From: Haliotis rubra | Taxonomy: Eukaryota | Length of the DNA: 64,000 nucleotides | Assembly (NCBI RefSeq): GCF_003918875.1 | Contig: NW_025765024.1 | Coordinates: forward strand, 1 to 64,000 | Direction: 5' to 3' | Shown: in pieces, positions 40,039 to 52,207 of the stretch | How the letters are laid out: each line of letters starts with the position of its first letter | Numbering within the stretch: position 1 is the first letter of the stretch | Position numbers and translations under genes: made by a program | Notes under the pieces: generated by a model | The model's database searches: none | The model's input: the letters and a program-made list of their open reading frames with translations, nothing else | What the model was told of the DNA's origin: nothing

Positions 40039-42900
40039 ATGAAAGCGTCGAGAAGAAGTAAGTATGACTGCCTTTCCTGAATGAGAACATATCTTTTGAT
40101 GTGAGAATATTATCATTTTTCTTGTTCTACTTAAGCTCCAATCAATACATCATTGATAGCAAAATTGAATCTACTAAAATTGTTTCTGTCATTACAGCGG
40201 AGACATACCATTGACTGAAATCCCGGGAGGTAAATATAAACGTCTTTCTTCCCAATGTAATCACTTTATGGTATAGGTCCGTTGATACTTTAGGGTGATA
40301 TTCGTGATGAACGGGTCACAAGCGGTTCCAGCAGTCAAACCGCTGTGTGCAGTGACATTACTGCAACCTTTCATCCCATATCAGACTCGCAGGCCGTGAT
40401 ATAACCGAGATACTGTTAAGCGGCGTTCACCAACACTCTAGAATATACCGTGCTGGCAATACAAGGCAAACAAGAGGTTAACATTATGAACAACGACCTA
40501 TAGTACGCTGTCAAACATTCCAGCGAAGTTTATTTGGTTCAGTTCCCACAAAAAGCTGGGGTGTTGTAAGACAATCTTTCTCTGTCAGCATCGGGATTTT
40601 GTCTTCCATTATAAGGTCTTGAAGTGGGTTAATCAGTCATATATATTGGCATGAGTGAACGAAGGGTTTTCGTCATGATAACTGTTATGATTTTCTCTCA
40701 ACAGTGACCACGCTTATCTACAAACAGATGTGATGGTGTGGATCTCACTTCTGGACATCGAATGTCAACAGACGTAACTGTGTACTCACTTGATTCCCTA
40801 CAACTATAGTTCCATGTTTGATAACGTTCAGCTGTTCACATTTCACACATTACACAGTTACATGTGTTGTATTTGGAATTAGCCATCTAACCCACTCAGC
40901 CATCGAGGCTTCCACAATAAACACTTGCCAGAGGGGTACACAAAGTATGGGATCTAGACTACCAAGTGTCCGAATTTCAATTTAGTGGAATTCGCTGTGG
41001 CAGAGTGGGTTAGGTGCCTGACTAAGAGTGTTGGTTCGGATCCCACTACCCAAATCTGACCACTTTCTAAATGATTCACCCATTACACAGCTGCGTACTC
41101 ACATCAGAGATGTGTTGTCTCTGATGATAAATGTTTCATGGTAATGAATCCTGTCTAAAAGTCTATCTTATTGTATTTGAATCATTTACCGGACACTCCA
41201 CTGGGTGTACAAATGAACCATTAGCCACACCCTGCCTGGAAGTGTATATGTACATGAAATAGAATCAAATATAAATCTTATATCGATTACTATCAACCGA
41301 AATAAACCCATGATTACGTCATCCGTTTCACGTCTTACGCATTTTGCTTATATATGATGCATAGAGTACTTCCTCCCAAAAAAGTTTTTTACACCTGATA
41401 TAATCCCCATCATCGTTCACAACACATGTTATAATTGGGAGGACACTTTCTTAGAAGTGGCGGCTGACTTTGTGTGCTGCGAGTGGGTGCCTGACTCTGA
41501 GAGTGTGGGTTCGAATCCCAGGAGGGACTCAACCAAACAAACGTACAGGAATCTGTACTTAACTGAGAAAGTGTAATTCCAAATATGACATGTGTTACAT
41601 TTAACCAGTTTCTAACTGGGGGGCGTGGGGGTAGCCTAGTGGTTAAAGCGTTCGCTCATCACGCCGAACACCCGGGTCGATTATCCACATGGGTACAATG
41701 TGTGAAGCCCATTTCTGGTGTCCCCCGCCGTGATATTGCTGGAATATTGCTAAAAGCGGCGTAAAACCATACTCACTCACTCACTCACTTTCTAAATGGG
41801 TTTGTGTATGCAGAGAAAGAATGAGAAACGCCATCACAACTTTTTCGTAACAATTTAGCTGGAAGACCACGACAGTCCATGTACGGTGAAGGTAAGTGAA
41901 TGTTGCCGTTGTCGCCGGTTCATATTTTAAGACAGTATTACAAATCAAACCTAACTATTTTCATATTGGGACATTCATAGTCAAACTCTCTTTGCCTGTC
42001 ATCAGTTTGAGCGCTTCCTGAATGGATAAAGGATGTTGATATTATAACTTATACAATGTGAGATTCTAAGTGATTTACCGGTACTTGTTAAATTGTGTGT
42101 TTGATGATATATAGTGACACTTTAATGTCTTCCTGGCTCAGAGTGGAAGGGGTTGTAAACGGAAATAGAACAGATCCGATGTGAGCTTGAGGACACAGTC
42201 TAGGACCCTCTTTACAGTTTGTAGTCAGTGTAACAATGGAATCAGCAAGTCAACACTGTGGATTTCCGAGAATCATGCTCCAAATAAGGGCATTCTATTT
42301 GCTTACACATACATGTACTTTAGCACTGTTTTCATTGTCTTATTATAGTAAAATACGGATATTGATTTCTTTACCTATACGAACCAATTGAAGTAACACG
42401 ATAAACATCTCCGTGGGAATACATGTGCGAGTGATCCTGAGCCCGGCTTAAACTCACTATGACGCATTGAATCTGCATCATTCTGTATCAGCTTAGTGAG
42501 GGAAAACCCCGAAACCTCTTGACTGTATGTATGTAGGGTACAGACATATTGGGAGTGAGTGAGTGAGTGAGTAAGTGTGTATGGTTTTACGCCGCTTTTA
42601 GCAATATTACAGCAATATTACGGCCGGGACACCAGAAATGGGCTTCACACATTGTACTCATGTGGGGAATCGGGTCTTCGGCGCGAACGCTTTAACCACT
42701 AGGCTACCCCACCGCCCCTGACATTTGGGGATTCGAACCATGGATATCATCACCAAAGGCGACTGCGCTATCCGTTTTACTGTTACAGTGTTTTTGACCA
42801 TGTGTTTCCAAACAATCTATATGACGTCGTGTGTATAGGGGAAAATATAGCCCATCAAATCTTTATTATACAAAACCCTTTTTCCCTGTATGAAAATGAA
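40039..42900 (+). CDS. Putative small cytoplasmic-tail exons (40039-40057, 40198-40229, 41814-41891, 42789-~42900)
   Basis: ag/gt-bounded short segments conserved in both copies; peptides DIPLTEIPG, KRYHNFF..SMYGE (copy 1), NNLYDVV. Confidence 0.4.
41437..41540 (+). mobile_element. tRNA-like SINE family D fragment
   Basis: gtgcctgactctgagagtgtgggttcgaatcccagg; reverse copy at ~61275-61380; related head at ~40990-41060. Confidence 0.55.
41621..41788 (+). mobile_element. SINE family A present only in duplication copy 2
   Basis: TSD tttctaa(c/a)tggg; empty site at ~32512 (cactttctaaaatg). Confidence 0.9.
42553..42718 (-). mobile_element. tRNA-derived SINE family A
   Basis: (gagt)n..ttttacgccgcttttagcaatatt..aaccactaggctaccccaccgcccc. 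Confidence 0.9.
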
Positions 42901-45265
42901 CTAATTGCATTGTTTTTTTCTGTCCATCCGCACAATATTGTTCTTATATGTTTGTACTCTTGGCCATGTGGCCTCAAATACTGAATAAACTTCTTCTTCT
43001 TCTTCTTCTTTTCCTATTTTTGTATGATGTTCGTACCTCTTCCATGGCGTCCTCCACCGTAATGTTGTGCAATATTACCTAACACCATGTACCCTATTAT
43101 GCTGATATAATTATGGAATATATCCAGCATACTTGCCTTAACTATACAGTCAACATTGATTAAATGATCACACTATATGCAAACATAATCCGCAGCTATG
43201 TACATGATGATCAGCAGTTAGAAGAAACAACATTCCACTAAGCTAGAGCTAATGTAGATTCACGTCGTCTGTGTGTTAAACAGCACACAGTCATCATCCG
43301 AAATTGTAGCAGTTCACTGATTGTGACATTCGTTAATACGGGAAGAAATTCCGATCTGACTTTATGAAATAGTATTTCTGTGAGAGTGTCGACTCCATAA
43401 CCATTCTGTCAGTATGGTTACATAGTACAGTTGTTACTTCGGAATAGCGTCCTCTTTGTCGTGAGTTACTGTTAAGGCAGAAACTGAAATCGTCGTTTAT
43501 TGACAATTAACCTCAATGTTTTGACAACATTTAATGCTTTTTCGGTATCACCATTATAATGCGTCTTGGTAATAGCATCTTTCAGAAACGCCATAAAAAA
43601 CAGGAACGTGTCTCACCGTTCACGGGATAGGTTGCTACTGATTGGCCACAAGTTGTGAAGCACCTAAAACGAAACTGGGCCTATATAAAATTACGTATGT
43701 CTATATTAGCATTAGGTCATCATTGTCACCATGTATGTCTTGCCTAAGTCAATTTTGGAGGTTGACCTGTGTTGCTGCCAGGTATAGTATTTATATCACT
43801 GATGTTAATGGTATTACCACTGCTATCTGAAAGTGGTTTTCATGATAACAGGGATTAATCATTTAACTAAAGCATTGATCCGGGACATAAACCTAAGACA
43901 CAACATACGTCATACCCCAATGACACAAGCATGCAAATTAGATATTCAAATAAGATTGCTGTCAGTGGAACTGTTATCGTACAGTTGAACTCGACATTAC
44001 GCAACAAAGTCAGCGGTCACACATGATCATGTTTCTGGTGATATCAACTCTATTGTTTGCTAGCAGTATTACTGGTGGGAACATTACAACATAATCTCGT
44101 TAAAACTCCAAGCCCGGTTCAAGTCCAAAGACGCCAGATTATCATCGAGAGTGAAGTACTGAGACCTTCTTCAACGGAGAGCGTGGTGTGATTCGAAAAA
44201 TATATGTAAGTGAACTGAAGGTGTAATCACAAGACAGAGACTCCTTGTTGTTACGGTAATTAAGATTATTCTGCAAAACTCTGTCCAAGTATTGTTTTTG
44301 AATAACCCGAGGGAGTTTATTATTCTCAGCGAAGGAATACGTCTATAGACTATAAAAAGAGTTAAGAGATTGTCTCGTTTGGTTCACACGAGAATGGAAA
44401 ACATGTATCACTAAGCACGATATATACGTAAGATTGTGCCAAGTTTTTTAAATAAATATGTAATGTATATATATACTCATGCCAATAATGGTTGTAATGA
44501 TTATCGAGGCAAATTATATAGGCATAGATTGGTAACAAGTTGACATCGCCCTCCAGGCGAGACATTGATTATGGTGAGTCCATTATTGGCACGGGTATAT
44601 ATGTTTTGGAATATAATGAATGGAAACTTGATCTCGTCACTATATGGCTATATGAATAATGCCGATGTGACGTAAAGCCCATCTCAACCCTGAACTCAAC
44701 CTTCTGATGTTGATTAAGTGTTTCCTCTCTCTGTAAATGAATAGAACCCTAACCAGACAATCCAGTAGTTGGCACCATAATAATAGATCATCTCGGATAC
44801 GATGGCATGCTGTAACCTGATCGTCGAGTCTGACCATCTGATGCTATATAATCAATGGCCCCTTACTGCTAGCTTGGGTTGCTGAAGTTCAATTCTGACA
44901 TTTGCAAGGATCTGATACGTGTTGGGTTACATATTCTCTCTCATCGAGCTGTCGTGAGATAAACATGAAAACCCGGTGTTAAACTTAATTCACACTCACA
45001 ATCTTAGACCCGTGTATGCCTGTCAAAGTGTTTCAAGGTAGGCAACGAATCACCGACGCTACAGTGTCAGACTAGCTCTGTGTTAAGCAGATATATTAAT
45101 ATGAAAGTGACTTTTGTCGCTTATATTTATAAAAGATTCACAGCAATAACAGCAGTGTAGTATACCATCGTAACTCATTTACATTGACAGTGCTCCTTCT
45201 ATCAACCACTCATTTCTCTGCTCTGTGTTCGCCGCCATGCAGATGTTAGACTGCGGTGTAAGACA

Positions 45266-45507
45266 GGTCCGGGTTAGAATGAACCTTCTGTAACCCATGC
45301 TTATTGTAAGAGGCGACTAACGGGATCGGGTGGTCAGGCTCGCTGGCTTGGTTGACACATGTCATTGTATCCCAGTTGCGCAGATCGATGCTCATGCTGT
45401 TAATCACTGGATTGTCTGGTCCAGACTGGTTTGTTGACAGACCGCCGCCATATAGCTGGAATATTGCTGAGTGCGGCGTAAAACTAAACTCATTCACTCA
45501 CTCATTC
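45266..45507 (+). mobile_element. Headless SINE family B (slightly 5'-truncated)
   Basis: ggtccgggttagaatgaaccttctgtaacccatgcttattgtaagaggcgactaacgggatc..gctggaatattgctgagtgcggcgtaaaactaaactcattcact. Confidence 0.9.
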
Positions 45508-45691
45508 AGTCGTACGACAAACACATCCTGCCAGCTTTTCAAAAATACTCAGTAAAGTTTTACATGCATGTACATGTCATACTTGTGTCAGTTAACATGG
45601 CCACTGTCAGTACCATGTACCCATAGGCCTACTGACTCCGTTACAGTAAGTCAACGTGAAAAACATGACACAAATCATTTGATACTGCAAA

Positions 45692-45697
45692 TTTATT
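45692..45697 (-). terminator. Candidate polyadenylation signal of the nAChR-like gene
   Basis: AATAAA on the minus strand, ~290 nt after the stop codon. Confidence 0.45.
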
Positions 45698-45987
45698 AGC
45701 AAGACATTCATCAAGGAACCAATTTTAAGTACAGTGGCAAAGCATGTCCGAGCATGATACAGCATTACTTGCCTGTCCCCCAGCAGTGACTAAGCAAGAT
45801 GGGTGGTAGGGTGTGTGATCTTGTTCACTTCGTGTCAACGGACCGTCATAACATCAACCATTAACTTATATAAACGAAGTTCCATTAATTAAAGGCTGTC
45901 GTGGCATAGCTGCAGCACTGCTGAATACATCGAAAAACAAACAAAAGTACACATAGACAAATGTACCTTGCCCCGGTGGATGGGTGA

Positions 45988-47181
45988 TCATTTGGTGAGA
46001 CCGTAGAAGAAAACTGCCGTGACGGTAAATGTCACAGTAGAAAATATGAAGAACAGCATTCGATCCAAAGTTAGAGCAGCATCCTGCCATGACTGAGTGT
46101 GGACAGCCTTGAGTTTGGCGCTGTCATCTGGATCAATTACTGTTTCGGGTGCCAGGTGCCAGGACATTCTTCTGCAACGGAGTAGCAGCCTGCATTTCAT
46201 AATCCAAGATGGCGGAGGCTGTTGGCTTTTGCTATGGTGCATATTGAGGACGGCAACGGAGAGCAACAAGGTCAGGACCTTCAGGCAGACCATGATGCTT
46301 AGATAGATGCCATATAAGGATATGGTGTCTGAGATTTCAGGGAGAAAGCCGTGGATGATGGTGAGGAATACAGCGTAGGAGAGAAAGACTGAAATACCCA
46401 AAGTCATCTTCTCGCCACTCTCACTCGGGACGAGAAAGACGGCGAGATTGAGAACCGACAGGAGGATGACGGGCAGGACACATAGCTGAATGTAGTACAA
46501 ACTCTTTCGGGTAAATGTCACGCAAAACCGCAGTTCTGTTTGATTGCTTAACTCAGGGGTGACAGTCTCCACGTTCGTGTGCACTATGGTGTACTCGCCG
46601 TTGTTGCCAACGTAATCGCTCAGATCTATGTTGCTGGACGCTGGAGTAACTCGTACTTCGGAGTTGATAGACGCCCACTGTCCGAAGCGGATCTGACACC
46701 TTTGAGTGTCGAAGGGAAACTCGGTTACGTCAATACGACAGTATGTCTCACGTCTACCTCCAACACTGAACATGACGTCGCCGGTGTAGTGTAACACGAC
46801 TCTGATGCCATCCGTTGTAACGTGGCCGTTGTTGTTGACGTCATTTAAAATGACCAGATCGGGTACCCACAATGCACTTGCTGGAACGATGATCCTACTC
46901 ACGTTGAAGTCACGTTTCGACCATGCGAGAGTTTCATCTTTCCACGCGACGGTCAGAACGCCTTGGCTGATAAATACTTGCCGTCTCTCGTCGTGGTTCT
47001 CAAGAATGATTAGACCAAACCCCACAGTCACGTTCACTGGGCTTACGACGTTTGCCACTGGCCGAACTACGGTGCTGTGGTTGGTAAATAAATGATCGTA
47101 CAGTTCTCGTTGTGCATGACACGTCGCAATGTAGAGTAACAAGCACAGAAAGGCAAGGTAGATGAAAAGACAGTGCTTCAT
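45988..47181 (-). CDS. Intronless Cys-loop ligand-gated ion channel, nAChR-like non-alpha subunit (397 aa)
   Basis: Signal peptide; VVRPV; LWVPDLVILN; Cys-loop CRIDVTEFPFDTQRC; M1-M3 with GEKMTLGISVFLS; M4 after DAALTLDR; no vicinal Cys in loop C. Confidence 0.97.
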   Translation of the reverse strand: MKHCLFIYLAFLCLLLYIATCHAQRELYDHLFTNHSTVVRPVANVVSPVNVTVGFGLIILENHDERRQVFISQGVLTVAWKDETLAWSKRDFNVSRIIVPASALWVPDLVILNDVNNNGHVTTDGIRVVLHYTGDVMFSVGGRRETYCRIDVTEFPFDTQRCQIRFGQWASINSEVRVTPASSNIDLSDYVGNNGEYTIVHTNVETVTPELSNQTELRFCVTFTRKSLYYIQLCVLPVILLSVLNLAVFLVPSESGEKMTLGISVFLSYAVFLTIIHGFLPEISDTISLYGIYLSIMVCLKVLTLLLSVAVLNMHHSKSQQPPPSWIMKCRLLLRCRRMSWHLAPETVIDPDDSAKLKAVHTQSWQDAALTLDRMLFFIFSTVTFTVTAVFFYGLTK

Positions 47182-48399
47182 TTATGTTGTGATGTCAGCC
47201 TATAGTTTCATAGTTATTCTAGTTTCTAATAAAGCCTAACTGTGGTTGATGACACAGGTGTTAATCATAGGTTGATATCACAAATGTTGATTCGTTCCTC
47301 AGATATCAGGCTGATATCTCTGACCGCAAGCTCAGGTGAAAGGTTACCAAGTGATTGATACAACAGAATGATTTCACATATCCCTCGTGTAGATCCAGGT
47401 GACACATTCACGTATCAAATTCATATCGCAGACAGATAACACAAGATGAGATCAAAGAGAGTCTATGAAGCACGTGTCAGTACTGAAGACCAGAGTTCCT
47501 CACTGATTATTTCCAGTCTCTGATTCCAAACAACAGTGCAGACAGACACAGTTTAAGGACGGGACATATCTACGTAAATGGTTTAAAAACTGTTGCTCCT
47601 GTATATTAGCAGTGGAACCGGAAACAGTTGTACGCCTCCATCAGTTGTGACAGCGATGACCAATTAGCACTATGTATCTGGGAGACAGGATGAAACATAT
47701 ATACTGATTACCTCGGCATCAGATTTGTTGAAACAGCTTGAAATGTTGATCCTGGCGGGACACAATCAATGGTGGGCGTATGCGTTCGTGTGTGCCTTTC
47801 CACTATTGATACGGCCACGCCACCTGATCGCCCTGGGAACACATGATGGCAACAGTATTGGTGTGGACTGTTCACACGACGTGGACAGTTAGATACACAC
47901 GCAGGATCACATGTCAAGGAATTGTTCTAATTGTATTTACATTGCATTAGATAGTTTTGTTTCAAGGTAGAATACAAATGCATTGTGTGGAGGAGGGGCG
48001 TGCGAAAACATCACATGTTATTGTATGTGCTTTGAAAACCAAATTCCTCGTAACATGACGGTATACATGGTAATGTTTCGATGGCGTTGCTCTGCAAGAG
48101 GTCAAACACGTCTGACTCCCACTATCTACTATCGCCCAGTTCTATTTCACGGGGGACCATGTGCTTCCTGACATCTCGACTGATAACTGCGGTTAATGTA
48201 GGTACTGAGGTGACGACAGGACATTCTTGCGTCAAGCATGCCACAAACGTGCCATCGTGTATTTTCTGAAACTCTGCGTCCCCCCCTTATCAAGAAACGT
48301 TAATTGTTGGCACTTTCGTATAAATCAGTTGAGATAGGTTTGCATCCCAATGTCCATCGCGTCGTCGAAGGCATGTGAACATGTCACCATAGCTTTAGA

Positions 48400-48820
48400 T
48401 TAGCGGTGTTCAGATTAATTGAAATAATCGAAGATTGGTCGCAGTGACCAAACGACCAAGCAATCGATGACATTTTCTCATAATCGAACATAAACGATTT
48501 TGGAACTACTTTAGTCTTTGAAAAACTTGACAATATCTTAGAAGTTGTCAGGGCCTGAAAACGTGTTTAATTCTTAGAAAACTCACTTCACTAACTGAAA
48601 AGCCATGACTGAATATTTCTCTAAGACTCAAGGAAGTTTATGTTCATGATATATTAGTCATCACTTTAAAGTAGTAAGTTGCATCATGTTATACGTATCT
48701 GGAATAACAACCTGGATGGGAAAATCTGAAAAATGACGCTAACCAGATTTTTTCGATGATTGATCGTTGGTAATGAAGCAATCATAAATTGTGAGATTTC
48801 AACCAATTCCCAACACTACT
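48400..48820. mobile_element. hAT-like MITE remnant
   Basis: Imperfect TIRs tagcggtgttcagattaattgaaat / atttcaaccaattccaacacta. Confidence 0.35.
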
Positions 48821-49089
48821 TAGGATATATTGTGTGATGTATGTGCTGTACATGTGCACTGCGTTATGATCGCCTGTTGGAACCAAACTGACCTTAGATT
48901 CAAGTTGTGCTTAATTAATGTATAGTTTCACATGTATTTTCTGAGGTTCGGGACAATTTGTAGAAATTGGGAGCAAATCTTATCTGAAATGATGTAAAAA
49001 CCAATAACTAAAATTCTTGGCTTCCTCACTGATTACATCTTCGTCAATTCCCTTGGACACAAATAGTGCTCTCCTCTTGTCCCTCTGTA

Positions 49090-49340
49090 GATATACAGTA
49101 GGTCGTATGTGACAACTCTCCGCAAGACTGTATGACGATAAACGCTGATGTTCACTTCCCCATAGCCCCCTTCCCCGTCATGTCGAGCAATATGCCAACA
49201 GCTCCAGCCTTATGTGTTTACAGCAGTGCATGCTGTTTTCACAAAGATTTCAAAGACCATCACACATATCTTAATCAGAAGTTGTTCGATCAAGTTTCAC
49301 TCAGTTCCACCTTAAAGCTTGGGAAAGGTTTATTGTAAAT
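49090..49340 (+). mobile_element. Penelope-like RT C-terminal fragment
   Basis: RLYD.K..FPIAPFPVMSSNMPTAPA..VY..AC..KDF..L.QKLFDQ resembles the PLE RT thumb region. Confidence 0.6.
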
Positions 49341-50382
49341 ATGTAGCAGAAAATTGAAAATTTGAATGACAAAAATGATGTCCGATGCAATTGCCTATCT
49401 TGGCTTGTACCACACATTCCTACTTTTTGTCAGCCTCTGTGAATGTTTATGACTGGTGAAAGCAATGGGGAAAGAGACGTTCCTTTTTTCAGATATGACA
49501 TCATGCCTTTGAGCGGCTGTTAGAAGTGATGCACATAGTTTAAGGATGTCAGCTTCTTTATTCTTATTTTTTATTTCTTTGGTTTTTAAGCAAAGAAGTT
49601 GACATCAATAAATTTTCGTCTTTACCTGGCAATATCATTTATTGATAGTGACTCATAAACACATGCTCATTTCCTTTGGAATTCGGATGCAGAAAAGGTT
49701 TTGTCACTTTAATGTATAGTATGGATGTGGAAAGGGTCTTATCGCTTTTATTCATTGTGAATGTGGAAAGGATTTTGTCGTTTTGATTTATTTCAGGAAA
49801 AAGTGAGTCACATAATCATGACAAACCCCGACCGAGGTATGAAATTTTGACATAGTCTGATTGTTTCTTACCTGAGGAGGTGTTATTACTGATAGGCTGC
49901 AAATCATTACATCCAGGCAGAAACGTTGCTATACATCTACAGTGATATTTGTTCTCGGATTATTGTTGACGGACCCTCTACGAGAACACACTCCTGTAAT
50001 GGTTGCGAAAGACATATCGCTCGTACAGATTACCTGATATGCCATATTGTTCGTGAAAGAATGTCCAGATATTTAACTCTTGCTAAATAAGATTCAACGG
50101 AACTTCAATGGGGATATGGATATGGCGACAAACTGTAAATTCAGCTACTATTTTAATTACAACCATGAACCGAAATATTGTAACAGAAACATCATGGAAC
50201 ACTGACATTGTACTTTGTGGCTATTTATCTTAATCAACAGACTAAACGCTAACATTTTATGCAATATATTCTGTGACAGGTTTTTTGCTTTCTATAACAT
50301 CTTGGTGATAAGCAAGTACAACTTGGATAAAACATGAAATCAAGAAATGGTGGCATGTCACGTACTACAGATTCAAATATAT

Positions 50383-50973
50383 TGTTATAGGGACTAATTC
50401 AGGACAGCCATCGTCCAAATATTTAAAAAGTCAAAAACTATGTAGTCAAGGCATGTGAGATTTTATAGTAATATATATATGACGCTAACCTGTATTCTAA
50501 TCACTACTGAACATCCTTATCACTACCGCATTATAAATTGACTTGTCGGCCCATTAATTATTGTATAAGACATTTATAACCTTCATTGGCAATGCCCCTT
50601 GGCCGTGTCTGCCATCACATCAACTGGTCAAGGAAGGGCTATTGTTTTTCTGTCTGTTCATTGATGAGTCGTCGCCTGTCCATTGTTGTCAAAAACTGTA
50701 TATATACTTAGTATGCTCACATCTAGACAGTGAAGGAGTACGAGATCGGCATTTGGACTGTCTGTTGGGACGACCACAAGCAGGATAATGCCGCTCGTAG
50801 GAAACGTCCTGGGGTTGAGCAGGCACTCCGCTCACCTCGCTCATGTCTTGTGTATTTGTTTGTCATGTACTAAAGACGTTTGAACTCAACTATGCCTTCG
50901 TCTTCATCAACGCACACTTCATCTTAATTGTGAGCAAATTCCCCAGTCGACATGCATACACCACGCTTTGACA
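50383..50973 (+). mobile_element. Solo LTR (Gypsy-like)
   Basis: tgttatag..tttgaca termini, 4-bp TSD atat (50379-50382 / 50974-50977). Confidence 0.85.
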
Positions 50974-52207
50974 ATATCAATAGACATTTGGAAAAAGCCT
51001 GAAAGAAGCAAACAATGAAAATGCATGAATAATTATTGGCCTGAATGAATATTGGCATGATTGGTATTTCCGACGATGACTTAGCACCGTGAAACAAATA
51101 TCAGAATTCATTTACGTGTTTAATGCGAACTCTTCTTAACAGAACTAGCGCGCACCATACACAAGAACATAGTCAGTAAAGGTCATCAGGGCGAGCGTGA
51201 TGTTAATTAGGTATGTGCCCGGGCACTAAATACGCCTGACCCAGGTAACGTCCACTTGGTAAGTGCAGTGTTTTAGAGGGTATGTTTTTATAGCATTAAT
51301 CACACTGGACCTCCTCAAGAAACATTAAAATAGATCGTGAGTATTTGCCAACCTACATGACCTGTGTAACTGGCAACACGTGGATAGAAAACGTGGTAAA
51401 ACATGCTATGACATCGGGTGTATCTGAGTGACTTTAGCCCAGGATTACTACTCTCCGGAACCATGTCTAACAGAGACAGTGGAAGTTCGGTGTTTCGTTC
51501 CACGTTCCTACGACACCAACAGGCTATAAATACGTCAATAAGAGACAAAACAAATAAATGGGTATTAGTAAAATAATAAAATTGGATATAAGTCAAACAT
51601 AGGAAGTAGAAAAGCGTTTCCATGGTCATATCTGAAGTTCATTATATGACTACTATTTATTTGTGTTAACCTCCCAATCTGTTTAACAATCAGAGTAACA
51701 ACGGGCAAGACGAGAGCACTGTCAATACCAGTATAAAGCCATGGTAAACAGAAGCGTGAGAACAGAGGTCTTGTTTAGGTTACACTTCAAGTGCGTTGAT
51801 GAATATATCGTTCAATAATGGTCAGATTATGTATTCCCTTCCGATGAGTTTCCCGAGCTGGAAACAGATGAATAATAAAACCCTGTTTCATGTTTAGATC
51901 TAAGTATAAAGATTTAAATGGACAAACTATCCCCTGGCTGGGTAGCAAATATGAGTCCAATTTTCAAATCGTCAAATCTCCGTTGATGTCGATCAATTGT
52001 CCAAACGTTTCATATCTATTTTCACAACGTTTGAGATACAATTGATCATGTTCTCTCTACGAAGACGTCAAAGAGCATCATCAAACTCTGGCGGAAATGT
52101 AGCAATTGATCACGGTTACTACTCCTACAAACACTCAATGATCAATCAGGAAATCCACTGACTCATATATTTGGTTAATATCTAAAAAAACCCAAAAAAA
52201 CTGATAA

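Larger units (their letters stand above)
34121..43305 (+). repeat. Tandem segmental duplication, copy 2
   Basis: Colinear with 24953-34120; period about 9170 bp. Confidence 0.95.
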
